This document shows, piece after piece, positions 1 through 12,410 of a stretch of 64,000 nucleotides of DNA. The stretch lies in assembly GCA_026770705.1 (NCBI GenBank), contig JANJGN010000008.1, forward strand, positions 161,882,001-161,946,000, given 5' to 3'. Each line of letters starts with the position of its first letter. Position 1 is the first letter of the stretch. Source of the stretch: Isurus oxyrinchus (lineage: Eukaryota). Position numbers and translations under genes: made by a program. The notes below the pieces were generated by a model, which saw nothing but the letters and a program-made list of their open reading frames with translations, searched no databases and was not told the DNA's origin.

Positions 1-3000
1 ATTGTGAGTTTGGGCCTTCTTTTAATGATATGCTTAGAGATGGTTTGGTGCGCAGTATAAACAAAAACGTGATTTGGAAGAGATTACTGGTTGAATGAAA
101 TCTAGATTTTCAGAAGGCGTTGGAAATCATTCTTGCAATGGAAGGCACAGTACAAGACTCAGAAGCCATTCGGAGAGTGCAAACTGGCGCCGTCCTCCAT
201 GTTGGGCGTGGTGCTTCAACAAAAAAAAGTATGAAAGAGCAGAGCTTTGTTCTGAAGCAGGAAGCAGTCACCGCTAGTGAACAAATTAAAAAGGAAATCT
301 TTGCAGCAAATAGTGGCAAAATAGTGACAGTGGTGGAAACAGACAGCCCTGTATTGGAAAACAGTTTAAAAGAATTGAATGTTTCTTCTGCATCATAATG
401 GACACCTCATGAGACATTGCAAAGATAGAATCAGGCAGACTTTCAGACAAAAGCAAAGACCCAATGAGATTAACAGTGTTGAAAAGCCTGAAGTAATAGA
501 TGCTGATATCTATTTGTCATATAATTTAATGATAGGAAGAACAGAGCCAATGTAACCATGAGAGTGAATGAGATGTTTCTCAGAATGGAAGTGGGTACCA
601 GGGAAGCCACTACGGTGATTAGTGAGCATACGGTTAAATACCTGAATCATGGAGAATGTAAGTTGAATTTAGAAGGGACTAATGACAAATTAAGAACTTA
701 CACAGGAGAAGACACACAAGTCAAGGGTATAAAGTCACAGAACACGATGAAGGTCAAACAGTGAGGTTGCCCTTGATGGTAGTAGCAGGTGAGGCACCTA
801 GTCTTCTCTGATGAAACTGGCTGAAAGAAATTAAGTTGGAATGGACAGAGTAGCCCTGAGAACTAATGGGTTATCACAGCTACTACAAAAATATGCCTCA
901 GTTTTCAAGGAGGAACTTGGAAAAATTGAAGGGCTGCAAGCAAGATTCATGTAGATCCATAGGCAACCCCAAGATTCATGAAGGCAAGAACAGTACCTCA
1001 TCCAAAGCGGGATAAAGTAAATGCCGAACTGGACAGATTAGAAAAACTGGGAGTGATACAGCCAGTGCAATTTTCAGAGTGGACAGCACCAATTGTATCT
1101 GTTCTCAAACCTAACCAAAGCGTTTGGGGACTATAAAATAATAGTTAATAAAGTGGCAAAATTGGATAGACCACCCATACTAAAATTGAAGATTTATATG
1201 CAAAATTGGCAGGTGGAAAGGCAGTTAGATATGAGTTAAGCCTACGAGCAATTGGAATTAGAGAAGGTATCCCAAAAGTTTGTCACCATAAATACGCATA
1301 AGAGATTGTACAAATACACCCATTTACCATTTGGCGTATCGTCTGCTTGCACAATATTCCAAAGAACCATGGAAAGTTTACTACAAGGAATGCCCCATGT
1401 TGTAGTTTATTTGGATGATGTTCTCGTGACTGGACTCACTGAAAAGGAACATTTGATGAACTTAGAAGGAGCTCTGAAACGTTTTGTCACAGGCTGGAGT
1501 GAGATCGAAAAAGGAAAAGTGCACTTTCCAGGCCAAAGAGGGAACTTACCTAGGTCACAGGGTAGGTTCACAAGGCTGAACCCAGTTGAAGAAAAAGTGA
1601 AAGCCATTAAAGAAACCCCCGCACCAAAGAACACATCCAAACTGAAATCATCCTTGGGGATGATCAATTACTATGGACATTTCTTGCCTAATTTGTCGAC
1701 AGAACTGGCTCCCCTTTATTACTTGCTCAAGAAAAACCAGAGATGGTCATGGAAAACACCGCAAGAAGAAGCTTTCACAAAAGTAAAAAAATTGCTACAA
1801 TCTTCTACACTGTTAGTACATTTTGATCCAAAGAAAGAGTTAGTATTAACGTGCGACGCATCACCTTATGGAGTAGGAGCGATGCTTTCCCATCGAATGG
1901 ATGATGGATCAGAATGACCTATAGGATATGTGTCAAGAACACTTAATACTGCAGAGAAAAGGTACTCACAAATTGAAAAAGAAGCCCTGGCAATCATTTT
2001 CAGTGTTTAAAAAGTTTCAATATGTACATGGTTGTCATTTTACTATTATAGCAGACCACAAACCATTATTAGGACTATTCGTTGAAGACAAGGCTCTACC
2101 TCCTATAGCTTCAGCAGTGTATGATTATACATTTCTTCACAGACCTGGAAATCAAACGAGAAGCACTCAGTCATTTACCCTTGCAAGTAAAAGATGAGGA
2201 TGTTCCAATTCCTCAGGAATTCACCTTATTGTTGAACTTCCTGGACCCATCCCCGATATGTACTAAACAAATTAAAGATTGGATGAATGGAGACCCAGTT
2301 TTATCCAAAGTGAAGAATCAAGTTCTTCATGGTTGGTCACAAACACAAGAGTCTGATGAAGTGAACCCGTATTTCCAGAGAAGATACAAGATAACCAGCC
2401 AAGAAGATATCTTATTGTGGGCAGCACGAGTGATTGTTGCTCCAGAAAGGACAAAAGCCATTGTTATCTGAACCTCACAGTGCACATCCCAGAATTTCCA
2501 AAATGAAATGCAATAGCACACAGCTATATGTGGTGGCCGGGAATGGATGGAGAGATAGAAAACTTAGTGATAAGTTGTATGCAGTGTCAACAAGTGCAAA
2601 AATTACCTACAACAGCTCTGTTACAACCCTGAGAGTGGCTAGGAAGGCCATGAGTATGAGTATGCATCGACTATGTGGGACCTTTTATGGGAACAATGTT
2701 TCTCCTTATCATAGACTCTCATTCCAAATGGATGGACATATATGAAGTGAGGTCACCCACATTTTCAGCGACAATAGACAAGCTATGACAAAGCTTCACT
2801 ATAAATGGACAACCTAAAGTGCTAGTATCAGATAATGAAACAGTATTTACAAGTGCTGAGTTTAACCAATTTACAAGACTCAATAGTATTGTTCATGTGA
2901 AAACATCTGCTTACCACCCTTCTTCAAACAAACTCGCCGAGAGAGCAGTTCAGACATTCAAATCTGGTATGAAGAAATTACCTGGAGATTCGATTGCAAC

Positions 3001-3600
3001 TAAATTAGCACGAGTTCTTTTCCATTATAGAACCACCCCTCATTCGGCGTATTAGGTGTCACACTTGCTGAATTGTTGATGAAGTGCCGTCTCCGATCGA
3101 GACTGAGCCTAATTATGCCAAACGTGTGGGGAAGGTAGAGAGAAAGCAGGAAAGCCAGAAAATGGGACATGATTGTCACAGTCGCAACACAAAATTTAAC
3201 GTAGGAGAGAAGCTATTTGTGAAAAATTTTACAGAAGGATCAGCACGGTTGTTTGGTGAAATAAGTGCTGTAGCAGGACCACTTTCCTACCACATGAAAG
3301 TTGGAGATCAAATAGTAAGAAGACATGTGGATCACATATGAAGTGGCGAAACCAAAATTCCAGAAGTGATTCCACCAGTGCTCGAGACTGAACTAACGTT
3401 TCCTGTTGAAAGAACTCAACCAAGTACAAATGTTCTTGAAGGGCCGACTGTACCTGAAAGAGTTGAAGAAACAAATTTACAGGAACCTGCTGTAGAACCT
3501 GGCACTCAGACAACTTCAGTAAGGGAGATTCCAAAACAGACTCCAGAAGCTGTAGAGCTGAGACATTCCACACGCATAAGGTAACCCCCAGAGAGACTGG
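1..3600 (+). mobile_element. Decayed Gypsy/Ty3 LTR retrotransposon internal region (gag remnant, protease, RT, RNase H, integrase); 5' part runs off the window
   Basis: ORF fragments in Gypsy order: degenerate protease (MEVGTREATTVIS), RT (LPFGVSSA..FQRTME, YLDDVLV), RNase H (CDASPYGVGA, DHKPL), integrase (VSDN, YHPSSNKLAERAVQTFK, YRTTPH) and C-terminal RRHVDHI. Many stops and frameshifts. Confidence 0.93.
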
Positions 3601-3677
3601 TTTTGTAAATAATTGATCTGTGTAAATAACTTGATACATTGAAAAATTGTAAAATGTATTTTTCAGTAAAGGGGGTA

Positions 3678-3940
3678 TGTGGTCATCTGATAATATACCT
3701 TTAAGACAAGTATTGTGATGTAAGGTCACATGATCAAATACCCAACAGCAGAGTAGCGCGGGCTACCTCTATGTGTAGAGTCTTGAGTTAGTCACTGATG
3801 AGTGAAGACAGAGTTTTAAGTTTTGAGTACACAAGTGTGGCTGCTGAGTTTAGTTTGTAAATAAACAGCATGTGTTTATTCTAACAACAATCTCAGGGTG
3901 TTCTCTGTCTCTGTATCAACTCGGTCATCCCGAAACAAGC
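3678..3940 (+). repeat. 3' LTR of the Gypsy element (right end approximate)
   Basis: Polypurine tract aaaggggg (3668-3675) is followed by TGT at 3678, with AATAAA at 3860-3865. A minus-strand LINE fragment begins shortly after. Confidence 0.65.
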
Positions 3941-3989
3941 AACCCAGATACTTTAACCCCTACAAATCAAGGGCACTGCATCCAACAAT

Positions 3990-4185
3990 ATCCAACCAGT
4001 TTTTAAATGTAATGAGAGTCTCTGCCACTACCACCCTTTCAGGCAGTGCGTTCCAGAACCATTGGCAAAACTTTTCTCCCTAACTCTTCTCTAATCCTTC
4101 ATCCGATCATTTTAAGTCTGTGCTACCTCATTATTGACTTCTCTGCAAATGGAAACAGGTCCTTCCCATCCACCATCTAGGCCCC
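3990..4185 (-). mobile_element. CR1 LINE 3' fragment
   Basis: Reverse complement resembles the CR1 ORF2 3' ends elsewhere in the window (tggaacgcactgcctgaaagggtggt). Confidence 0.6.
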
Positions 4186-4532
4186 TATGTGTTGAAAAAG
4201 ACTTCTGGGCTCTATTTTTTGTTAACCACTTATCTATTCTCATACTATCTCTTTTCCCCTTTTATTCACTCTCTTTTAGATCTCTGTACTTTCTACAAAG
4301 CTATATCTGAAAAGCCTTAGCAATTTGGAACTTTCATCTTCATATGCAGTGACACGTAGGCTTCTCCTCATACAAGCTTTGGGAAAAATCTTCTCTCAAG
4401 TCAATGTGCGTAAAACTGAAAATTGGTAAACAATTTATAAATACTTAAGAGAAATGTAGATTGCAGGCTAGTAAACTGCGCCAGTAAGGAGAGGAATTGT
4501 CAACTTAGATCCAAATCTAGTGGTGAAATCTT

Positions 4533-6415
4533 GGGCTGGGTTTCATGGGGAAGGGGCCTATTGCTCACCACCCGCCCTCACAGCCCTACCCCTACACCCA
4601 CCCCCCCACCCCCAATTGCAAGAGACGGCCGGCAGCTGACACACCTGAACAAGCCTGTCCAGCAGCCATAATGCGCTGCCGGTGGGATAAACAGGCAAAG
4701 AGTGGGATTTCTGCCACTCAGCAGGAGTAAGGCCCGCCTTCGAGAGCTGACGGCCAATCATATTGGCTAGCAGCTCCAGCAGTCCCAGCAGCGCCAGAGC
4801 TCAGTAGTGGGCGCTGCTGGGATAGCAAGGAGACCTGTCAGGAAGAGCGAAGGTGTCCGGAGTGAGTTAAGTCCTGATCTTTCAGAGCGGGAAGGGGTCT
4901 GGCAACCAAGGGCGTGGGCGAGGGGAGATGGGGGAAGGATTTTGGAGGCTGGGGGGGAGAGGAACAAAGTGGAGGGTGGGGGGTAACATCTTGGGGTTGG
5001 AGACGGTGCCCTGGATATGCACAGGGCACTGCCCAAAAGACAATCCCCGCCTCATTATTTATGCATTCCAGAGAAACATGCCATTTCCATGGTGACTGGG
5101 CTGTCATTCGCTCGCTCGCTCGCTCGCATCACCCCACTGTTGCATCACGCTGGCCGCCATCTATAAAAGGCAGCCGCCAGCAAAGTGCTCTTCACCACCA
5201 GCTCACCACCGCTGCCTGGGAGACATGGCCAGCAAAGGAACAAAGACTGCAGCCCCCCCCGCTTCAATGCTGGGTCTCACTCAAGCGACTGCTCGAGGAG
5301 GCCCCGCCATGTTGTGCTCTATCTCTGCCCCGGCCGCAGGATGGGCGGCAAAGTCACCAATCCGGCTTGGGAGGCAATGACAGCGGTGGTCAGCGCGTAT
5401 GCCCTGCAGAGGAGGACAGCCACCCAGTGCCACATAAGGATGAATGATCTTCTCCGTTCCACCAGGGTAAGTCACTCTTTTCATCGCTCCCAACTCTCAC
5501 ACTCACAAACCCATCACACACCCACAGGGCCCTCATTCACTGCCACTGCAAGAGACATCACCATTCACTCTTTCACACACACTGTCATTGTCCTCATCCC
5601 ATCCATGGGACCACTCACCACCCACACAGGCCAGGTATACTTATCATCTGGCCTGGCAGGCATCCTGATACACCCTCCCCACCTCTATCCACGCAGGACA
5701 AACTGGCTCACAACAGGAGGGAAAGGTTGCTGACAGGTGGAGGGATGCCGGAGGTCAACGTTCTGACAGAATTTGAAAACAGAACCATCCAGCTGGCCGG
5801 CGATGACCGGGACTGGTCTTGTGTTGACGGTGAGGTTGGCACTGCTCTACCAAGTGAGGATCCAGCAATATTCATCAGACAGTCATGCTGTGAGTGACAT
5901 GCCCTCTTTCACAGGCCACTCCCGTGCACTAATTATCTCCCCTTGCTTTCACAGGCATATCTGCCAAACAGCCGTCAGAGTCCATGATCCAGAGCCTCCA
6001 ATCAAGCCCTGAAGAAGCCCATGATGAGGACTCTGGAAGCACCCTCCCTTAAGATCCATCACAGCGCTCACCCACATCCTCCACCAGTGCAGAGACACAC
6101 ACCTCAGTGGGACCTAGCTTTTAGAGTAGTCTTGGGATCACAATCTGATGAGCACATTGCACTTTCTGATCCACAGAAGGCAGGGACAGAGACTTCCCAG
6201 GTGTCCGGCACTCAGAGGACTGTTGGAGGTCAGGACATTGCTGAGCCTCTGGACTTGGTCATGTCTCAGTTGATGGACCTACAAAGGCAAGCTTGGGAAC
6301 ATCAGGAAGGGATGTCTGCTGCACTCCTCAGCTTGCAAGGCATGATGGAGGAATCCGTCCATCTTCAGGCTGAGGTGACAGCGCCAGCATTGCAACCCAC
6401 CGAGGTCAACACTGG
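4533..6415 (+). mobile_element. PIF/Harbinger-type DNA transposon remnant carrying a Myb/SANT-like gene
   Basis: GC-rich segment starting gggctgggtttc, like the MITE termini nearby. It contains the Myb-like gene below and is cut off at ~6415 by a LINE fragment. Confidence 0.6.
5225..6415 (+). pseudogene. Myb/SANT-like DNA-binding protein pseudogene, 3 exons (5225-5466, 5697-5853, 5955-~6415)
   Basis: TATAAAA at 5162 and ATG at 5225 (MASKGTKTAAP..RFN). Myb-like helix WEAMTAVVSAYALQRRTATQCHIRMNDLLRSTR ends at AGG|gtaagt 5467. Acceptor cgcag|5697 gives DKLAHNRRERLLTGGGMPEVNVLTEFE, donor A|gtgagg at 5854, acceptor ttcacag|5955. Frameshifts in exon 1 and stops in exon 3. Confidence 0.75.
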
Positions 6416-6803
6416 TATGGCGATATGGTTCCAAGTCAGGGCGGTGTGTGGTTTGGAGGGGAACTTGCAGGTGGTCCTTGTTCCTATGCATCTGCTGCCC
6501 TTGTCCTTCCAGGTGGGAGAGGTCATGGGTTTGGAAGGTGCTGTTGAAAGAATTTCCACAGTGCCTCTTGCAGATGGCACACACTGCTGCCATTGTGCAT
6601 TGAGGAGGAGGGAATGAATGTTGAAGGTGGTGGATGGAGTATCAGTCAAATGGGCTGCTTTGCCTTGGATGGTGTTGAGCTTTTTGAGTGTTGTGGGAGC
6701 TGCACTCATCCAGTTCAGTAACTGGTCCATGGTAACCCCCAGGATGTTGATAGTGGGGGATTCAGTGATGGCAATGCCATTGATTGTCAAGGGGAGATGG
6801 TGA
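6416..6803 (-). mobile_element. LINE (CR1/L2 group) ORF2 3' fragment
   Basis: Minus ORF 6365-6790 (ITESPTINILGVTMDQLLNW..SAAPTTLKKLNTIQGKAA) is a typical post-RT C-terminus. It is homologous to 12080-12410. Confidence 0.75.
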
Positions 6804-6946
6804 ATGCTCTTGTATTACATTTCAGATTTATTAAACAATAGTTATTTCATAATCCCGCTCCGAGCCAGGTCTGTGTGTCCGTTTCTGTGTTGGATACTTA
6901 AGCTTGGGGAGCAGGTTTTGAACTCACCTCAACTGACTAATCACCT

Positions 6947-7570
6947 GGGCAGAAATTTTAGGTTGGCGTGTGGGCTTGCGCCCGACTCGATCGGGCATGA
7001 CATTGCGCGCAATGACATCGGGCGCGAGTCCCAACGTCGTCCTGTGCTCGCGCGGCATTTCAGTCGGCAGTTGCACGCAAAAGTCGGAAGTGCGTCCGCC
7101 GCCGATTAAGAGGCCAAATTGCGCAACTGAAATTGTAATTGTCTCCCATTTTTCGTGGTCTGTCCAACCTTACAGTTGGCGGCCAGTGAATCGGCCAGGT
7201 GGACTTTGCATTTTTCATGAAACCTCATCCAAGGGTGGGATGAGGTTTCTGTTATCAAATTAAAAATGTATGGGCAGAATTTTTATCAAGTATATGTTCC
7301 GATGACTGATTGTGATGCGTAGACATTTTTTTCTGGATTTAAGAAACTTTATTTATTGGTTTTAAAGTCTTCAACTCCCTGAGGCAGCTCTCTGCCTTCA
7401 GGGAACTTCCATGCAGCACTCGCCAGCGCCTGCCCTTATCCCACCCCCACTCTGGCAGCGTCCACCATTTCTATGTGTGTTTCATGTTAGCTGGCTGTTA
7501 ATTGGCCAGCTAGCGTGAAATCATGGCTGGGGTCCATTACCCAGCCACTCCCAAACTAAAAATCCTGCCC
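6947..7570. mobile_element. MITE (Harbinger-like non-autonomous DNA transposon)
   Basis: Terminal inverted repeats gggcagaaatttta / taaaaatcctgccc (12/14 match), CpG-rich subterminal regions, non-coding. Confidence 0.7.
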
Positions 7571-7994
7571 ACTATCTCCAAATTAAGCAGAACAATTAAC
7601 CTTACAAAAACGAAAATCTGTTTGATCTTGAATGAGTTAAGTAGTGGAGGGGTGATGAGCTGCTTCACGACATAGAGGCTCATTGTAGCAGGAAACGAGG
7701 AGGGTTTGAGCCTGAGTCGTGAATCAGAGACAGATACATTTTGACTTGTCCTGCTTGGGAGGTATCCATCCCCTCAGTGGATGGGAGTGGTATTGTCTGA
7801 TAATGATGCAGGTTCATAACGCAATGATCATTACTTGTCAGATAAAGGCTATAAAGATTGACTAAATGTCTTGCAGGAAGCGCGAGTGATTTATTGTTGC
7901 TTAGCTCGCTCACAAGCTGACATCTTTGCTGCCAATGTGATTTTGAAAATGTTATCAATGCTAACGTTGTAGGTGGTAACAGTAGAACTTGGCA

Positions 7995-8568
7995 GAGTAT
8001 GTGACACCATTGTTAAATTACATGTCCTGCTCACAGATCCTGATCTCAGAGCTCTTTCCAATTAAATTTAGCTCACTAGATTTTAGTTTTTTAAGTCAGA
8101 TATCTATTTTCAAGGAAATTTCAAAAGGAAATTGCTGTCCCAGATGCTGCACCTCTCCAATGTTAATCAGTCTGCCATTAGCAACCAAGTCTTCAGCTGT
8201 CTTTGCCCTAAGCTCTGGAATTTGCTCTCTGAACATCTCCGCCTTTCTAACTCTCTCCCCTCCTTTTATAGACTCATAGATGTTTACAGCCCATTCAGCT
8301 TATTGTGTCCGCATTGGTCAACAAAGATCTGACTACACTAACCCCATTTTCCAGTGCTTGGCCCATAGCCCTGGAGGCTATGGCAACGCAAGTGAATATC
8401 TAAATATGTAAATATCTTTTAATCTACTTCTTTGACCAAGCTGTTGCTTTTCCTTCCTAATATCTCCTTATATGGCTCGGTGTACAATGTTGTTTGACAA
8501 TGTTCCTATGAAGCATCTCGGAAGATTTAACTACATTAATGGTGCTGTATAAATGCAAGTTGTTGTTG
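7995..8568 (+). mobile_element. L2 LINE 3' fragment interrupted by a minus-strand CR1 3' tip (~8272-8410)
   Basis: L2-type tail (ctttgaccaagc...ggctcggtgt...tataaatgcaagttgttgttg). Homologous in reverse to 45985-46290. Confidence 0.6.
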
Positions 8569-8839
8569 GTCCCTTTCTATTTGGGCCTGGGGTAGGCATT
8601 GGAAGCAGCTGAAGTTTCTAGTGGAATATTTCAAAGGAGTAAAGAAGGGGATTGTTCCATTTTGCAGATGGTTGCCAAGTCCCAGACTGAAGCTCTAAAT
8701 GCAGTGCCCAGAGTTTTGCTCATGGACAGTGCTGGGGAAGCAGCAGGTCCTGTCTTGCTTGATGACTTGAGACTCATCCATGTCCCTAACACTATGCACC
8801 TCGGTCATCCCTTTGGAGCCCTTCGGTTGCCACTGGCCT

Positions 8840-9433
8840 TAATTTTGGCCTTTATCGCAATGGGATTGGAGTACAAGAATAAAGAAGTCGTGCTACAGTC
8901 ATATAGGGTTTTGGAGAGACCACATCTGGAATACTGTATGCAGTTTTGGTCTCGACATTTAAGAAAGGATATACTTGAATTGAAGGTGCAGCACAGCAAA
9001 AGTTGGTCCCTGGGATGAGGCGGCTGTCCTATGATGAAAGTCTAAGTAAATTGGGCTTATATTTCCTGGCACTTAGAAGAATGAGAGGCAATCTCATTGA
9101 AACCGGCAAAATCCTTAAGGGGCTTCATAAGGTCGACGCAGAGACTGTTTCCTCTGGATGAAGGGTCGATCTTTTAGGACTGAGATGAGGAGAAGTTACT
9201 TCATTCAAAGGGTTGTGAATTTTTGGAATTCTCTACCCCAGAGGGTTGTGGATGCAGCATCATTGAATTCATTTAAGGCTGGGACAGACAGATTTTTGGT
9301 CTCTCAGGGAATTAAGGGAGCAGGTGGGAAAAATGTAATGGAATCTCAAGATCAGCCATGCTCGTATTGAATGGTGGAGCAGGCTTGATGGGCTGCGTGG
9401 TCTACTGCTGCTCCTATTTGTGTTCTTATGTTC
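8840..9433 (+). mobile_element. 5'-truncated CR1 LINE
   Basis: AFIAMGLEYKNKEVVLQSYRVLERPHLEYCMQFWS and QRVVNFWNSLPQRVV, ending ctcctatttgtgttcttatgttc. Confidence 0.9.
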
Positions 9434-9657
9434 ACTGAATCGTAACAATCAGAGTGTAAGAAATAGGAGCAGGAGCAATAGAAACGGCATGGCTCTGAAA
9501 ATCCAGCAACACAATTGCTGGGTCTTAACACTGTGCGCTCTTGCTCTGAGCCATTTTTCAGGGCCAGGTTTAACTTTTGTTGCAAAACACTGTTCTGTTA
9601 ACATTGATGTGGCATGGAATAAGTTGCAGTAACTTTTATACCAAACAAAAGCCCACA

Positions 9658-9816
9658 GGCCTGAAATTCTATTGTTGACGCTGTTTGCTTGTTATCCCAC
9701 ATTGCTGCACCTGTGGACACTAAACGGCTGCCCTGAATTTTCTTCTTCAGTTGTATTAGAATGAGTCACTTTGCTGTTGGACAGAGGCCATGCAGGCCCA
9801 GTGAGAAATTCTGGCC
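9658..9816. mobile_element. Short MITE, Harbinger-like termini
   Basis: TIRs ggcctgaaattct / agaaattctggcc (11/13 match). Confidence 0.5.
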
Positions 9817-9833
9817 AACAGGCCCAACATAAA

Positions 9834-10078
9834 CAAAAACAGAATTACGTGGAAAAACTCAGCAGGTCTGGCAGCATCGGCGGAGAAGAAAAGAGTTGAC
9901 GTTTCGAGTCCTCGTGACCCTTCAACAGAACTAGTTCTGTCGAAGGGTCACGAGGACTCGAAACGTCAACTCTTTTCTTCTCCGCCGATGCTGCCAGACC
10001 TGCTGAGTTTTTCCAGGTAATTCTGTTTTTGTTTTGGATTTCCAGCATCCGCAGTTTTTTGTTTTTGTTTTTATTTTT
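9834..10078. mobile_element. Palindromic Penelope-like (inverted pseudo-LTR) element with hammerhead motifs, copy 1
   Basis: 102-bp arms 9831-9932 / 9933-10034 with 2 mismatches. 14-bp TSD aggcccaacataaa at 9820-9833 and 10079-10092. Confidence 0.85.
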
Positions 10079-10539
10079 AGGCCCAACATAAAGGCATGTG
10101 TGCACTTAGAGAAGTTCAAATTAATTTCAATCTTTATCAACCTTTAAAATGAAATTTAGATACTCGCTAACTTTGGCCCAGACTTGGGGAAGAGGAGTGT
10201 GAGACGAAATGCAATGTGGAGGCAAGACTGATTCTGGGGCCAAAAGAACACCCTTGACCCTCTGTTTGATGGCTGCAAGGAGGGTTGCTTAATTTGATCG
10301 GCTTCATGGGACTCACTCTAGAAGAGAATATCAGAGTACCATTCCTAGCAGCAAGTGAACACTCTGTACATTACCTGCAGGGCCTGGGAACAGATACACA
10401 GCCAGCACACTTCAAGGAATCTGGCAAGTAACCAGCACCGTGTATCTTTTGGATAGCTCCAAGGATTGCTTCTTGGAAAGCTTGTCCTTTCCACATGATG
10501 CTCCTCACCCATGGTAAGTCCTCATGTGACCTTAGAGGT

Positions 10540-10925
10540 ATGTCCTCTGGGATGAGGTAGCTGTCCTATGATGAAAGGCTAAGTAAATTGAGCTTATATT
10601 TCCTGGAACTTGGAAGAATGAGAGGCGATCCCATTGAAACCTGCAAAATCCTTAAGGGGCTTGATGAGGTGGATGTTGAGAGATTGTTTCTGCTGGATAA
10701 GGGGCCGATCACTTAGGACTGAGATGAGGAGAAATTACTTTATTCAAAGGGTTGTGAATCTTTGGAATTCTTTACCCCAGAGGGTTGTGAATGCAGCATC
10801 ATTGAAGGCTGGGATAGACAGATCTTTGGTCTCTCAGGGGATCAAGGGATATGGGAAGCTGGTAGGAACGGAACCCCAAGATCAGCTATGATAATATTGG
10901 ATGGTGGAGCAGGGTCGATGGGCAG
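10540..10925 (+). mobile_element. CR1 LINE 3' fragment
   Basis: RTEMRRNYFIQRVVNLWNSLPQRVV; very similar to 9010-9400. Confidence 0.85.
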
Positions 10926-12079
10926 TGTGGGCCAATTCCTGGAGGTACACCTTCATAGTCACATCTTTGTCAGACTAAGGTTTCTCAAGGCCGTGCACTA
11001 CAAGTCATTTCACAGCAATCTAACTGCATGAATGATGCACAGCCATTTACGGACACCCAGGTTGGCGATTTGTACCCAGCTCTGTCACTGTGCATGTATT
11101 CCTTCAACTTTCAACCTCTCGAGGCTATTCCTCTGATAGTTTATCCAGATGCCACCTGGGGAGCACATGCCCACCTGCAGAAAGGCTTCCCTGGTCAAAT
11201 GTAGGTGCCGGAGGCACATTCTCACTGACATACCCAAGGAGCTCAGAAGGGATTTGTGATTATCCGGTGGAGTTGGCCAAGCTGCCTTCCGTACAGCCTT
11301 TGATGAATCTTCTGGAAACTCTCACTAGCTTCGGGAGGCGAAGAGGAATTCATAAGGATTGCACATGCTGTTCAGTGGGAGTTGTCGCTCTTGCAGAAAA
11401 AATGTTTTACAAGAGAAAATAATCAAAATGCTTAATATTTTATCAAATATACTGCCTCATTTGAGCTAAATAAAATCTCCTGTCATTAGTCTTTGGTTAC
11501 AGAGTTCACCTGCTGCATACTTTGTGGCATTTATAACTAATTATAGCTATTAAATCACTGACAAAGTATAATTAAAAAGTAACTCAACTGAAAAATTCCT
11601 GCGATTTTTTCCTATAGGAAAACATATGTGCACAATCTATGTAATCTCCTCCCACTGAGCACCTAGTCAGCTCTGTTTATTCTGATAGCACCTGGGCAAA
11701 CACAATCAATGAGTCATACAGTGGTATTCAGACTGGATCACTGTAGGAATGCTTCAGACAGTTTGTTTTAATTTTAGTGAAGCTTGTCCATTATGTTGGC
11801 TGAACAGCCAACATGAATTAAAACTATCAGGGTCACTTTTTGATCTAAAAAGTAGCAGCAGGGTACCTGGTCTCACCTAAAACAGAATTCTAATTCAGAT
11901 TGATGGTTACAATATATCGTAACATGTATATTTCCTTGACAAACCATTGAGGTCCAATGCTCAGTGAAAGAGCTAAGATGCTCTGCCCAGTGGTAGATGA
12001 GGAGTTTTACAAGGTACATTTTGGGAATTGCAAAAATAAAGCACTTTCAAAGAAAGAGCAAGTTAATTTCAGGATTTAA

Positions 12080-12410
12080 AAAAAAAAATCCTTCTTGGGT
12101 ACATCGTTGCTAGCAAGGCTAGCAAATAATTGCCTATCTCTAATTGCCCTTGAGAAAGTGGTAGTCTTCTTGAATAGCTGCAGCTCATTTGGTGTAGGTA
12201 CACCCAGGGTGCTTTTGGAAGCGAATTCCAGGATTTTGACCGTGACAGGGAAGGAATGGAGATATAGTTCCAAGTCAGGATGTTGTGACTTGGAGGGGAA
12301 CTTGCAGGTGGTGACGTTCCCAAACATCTGCTGCCCTTGTCCTTCCAGATGGTAGAGGTCACAGATTTGGAAGGTGCTGTTGAAGGAGCCTTGGCAAGTT
12401 GCTGATTCTG
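12080..12410 (-). mobile_element. LINE (CR1/L2 group) 3' end with A-tail-adjacent terminus
   Basis: Homologous to 6416-6600. Its 3' tail (ttctcaagggcaattagagataggcaa) is shared with the SINEs at 40705 and 63381. Confidence 0.75.

Noticed and set aside
8590-8840. Possible processed pseudogene on the minus strand (QWQPKGSKGMTEVHSVRDMDESQVIKQ...)
   Set aside because: Short, contains a stop and has no recognisable family. The + ORF 8599-9018 is a read-through into CR1.
9845-10140. Similar short ORFs (KNCGCWKSKTKTEL..., MLEKLS...) recurring at 9.9, 29.9, 47.2 and 58.4 kb as a small gene family
   Set aside because: They are translations of the non-coding palindromic repeat.
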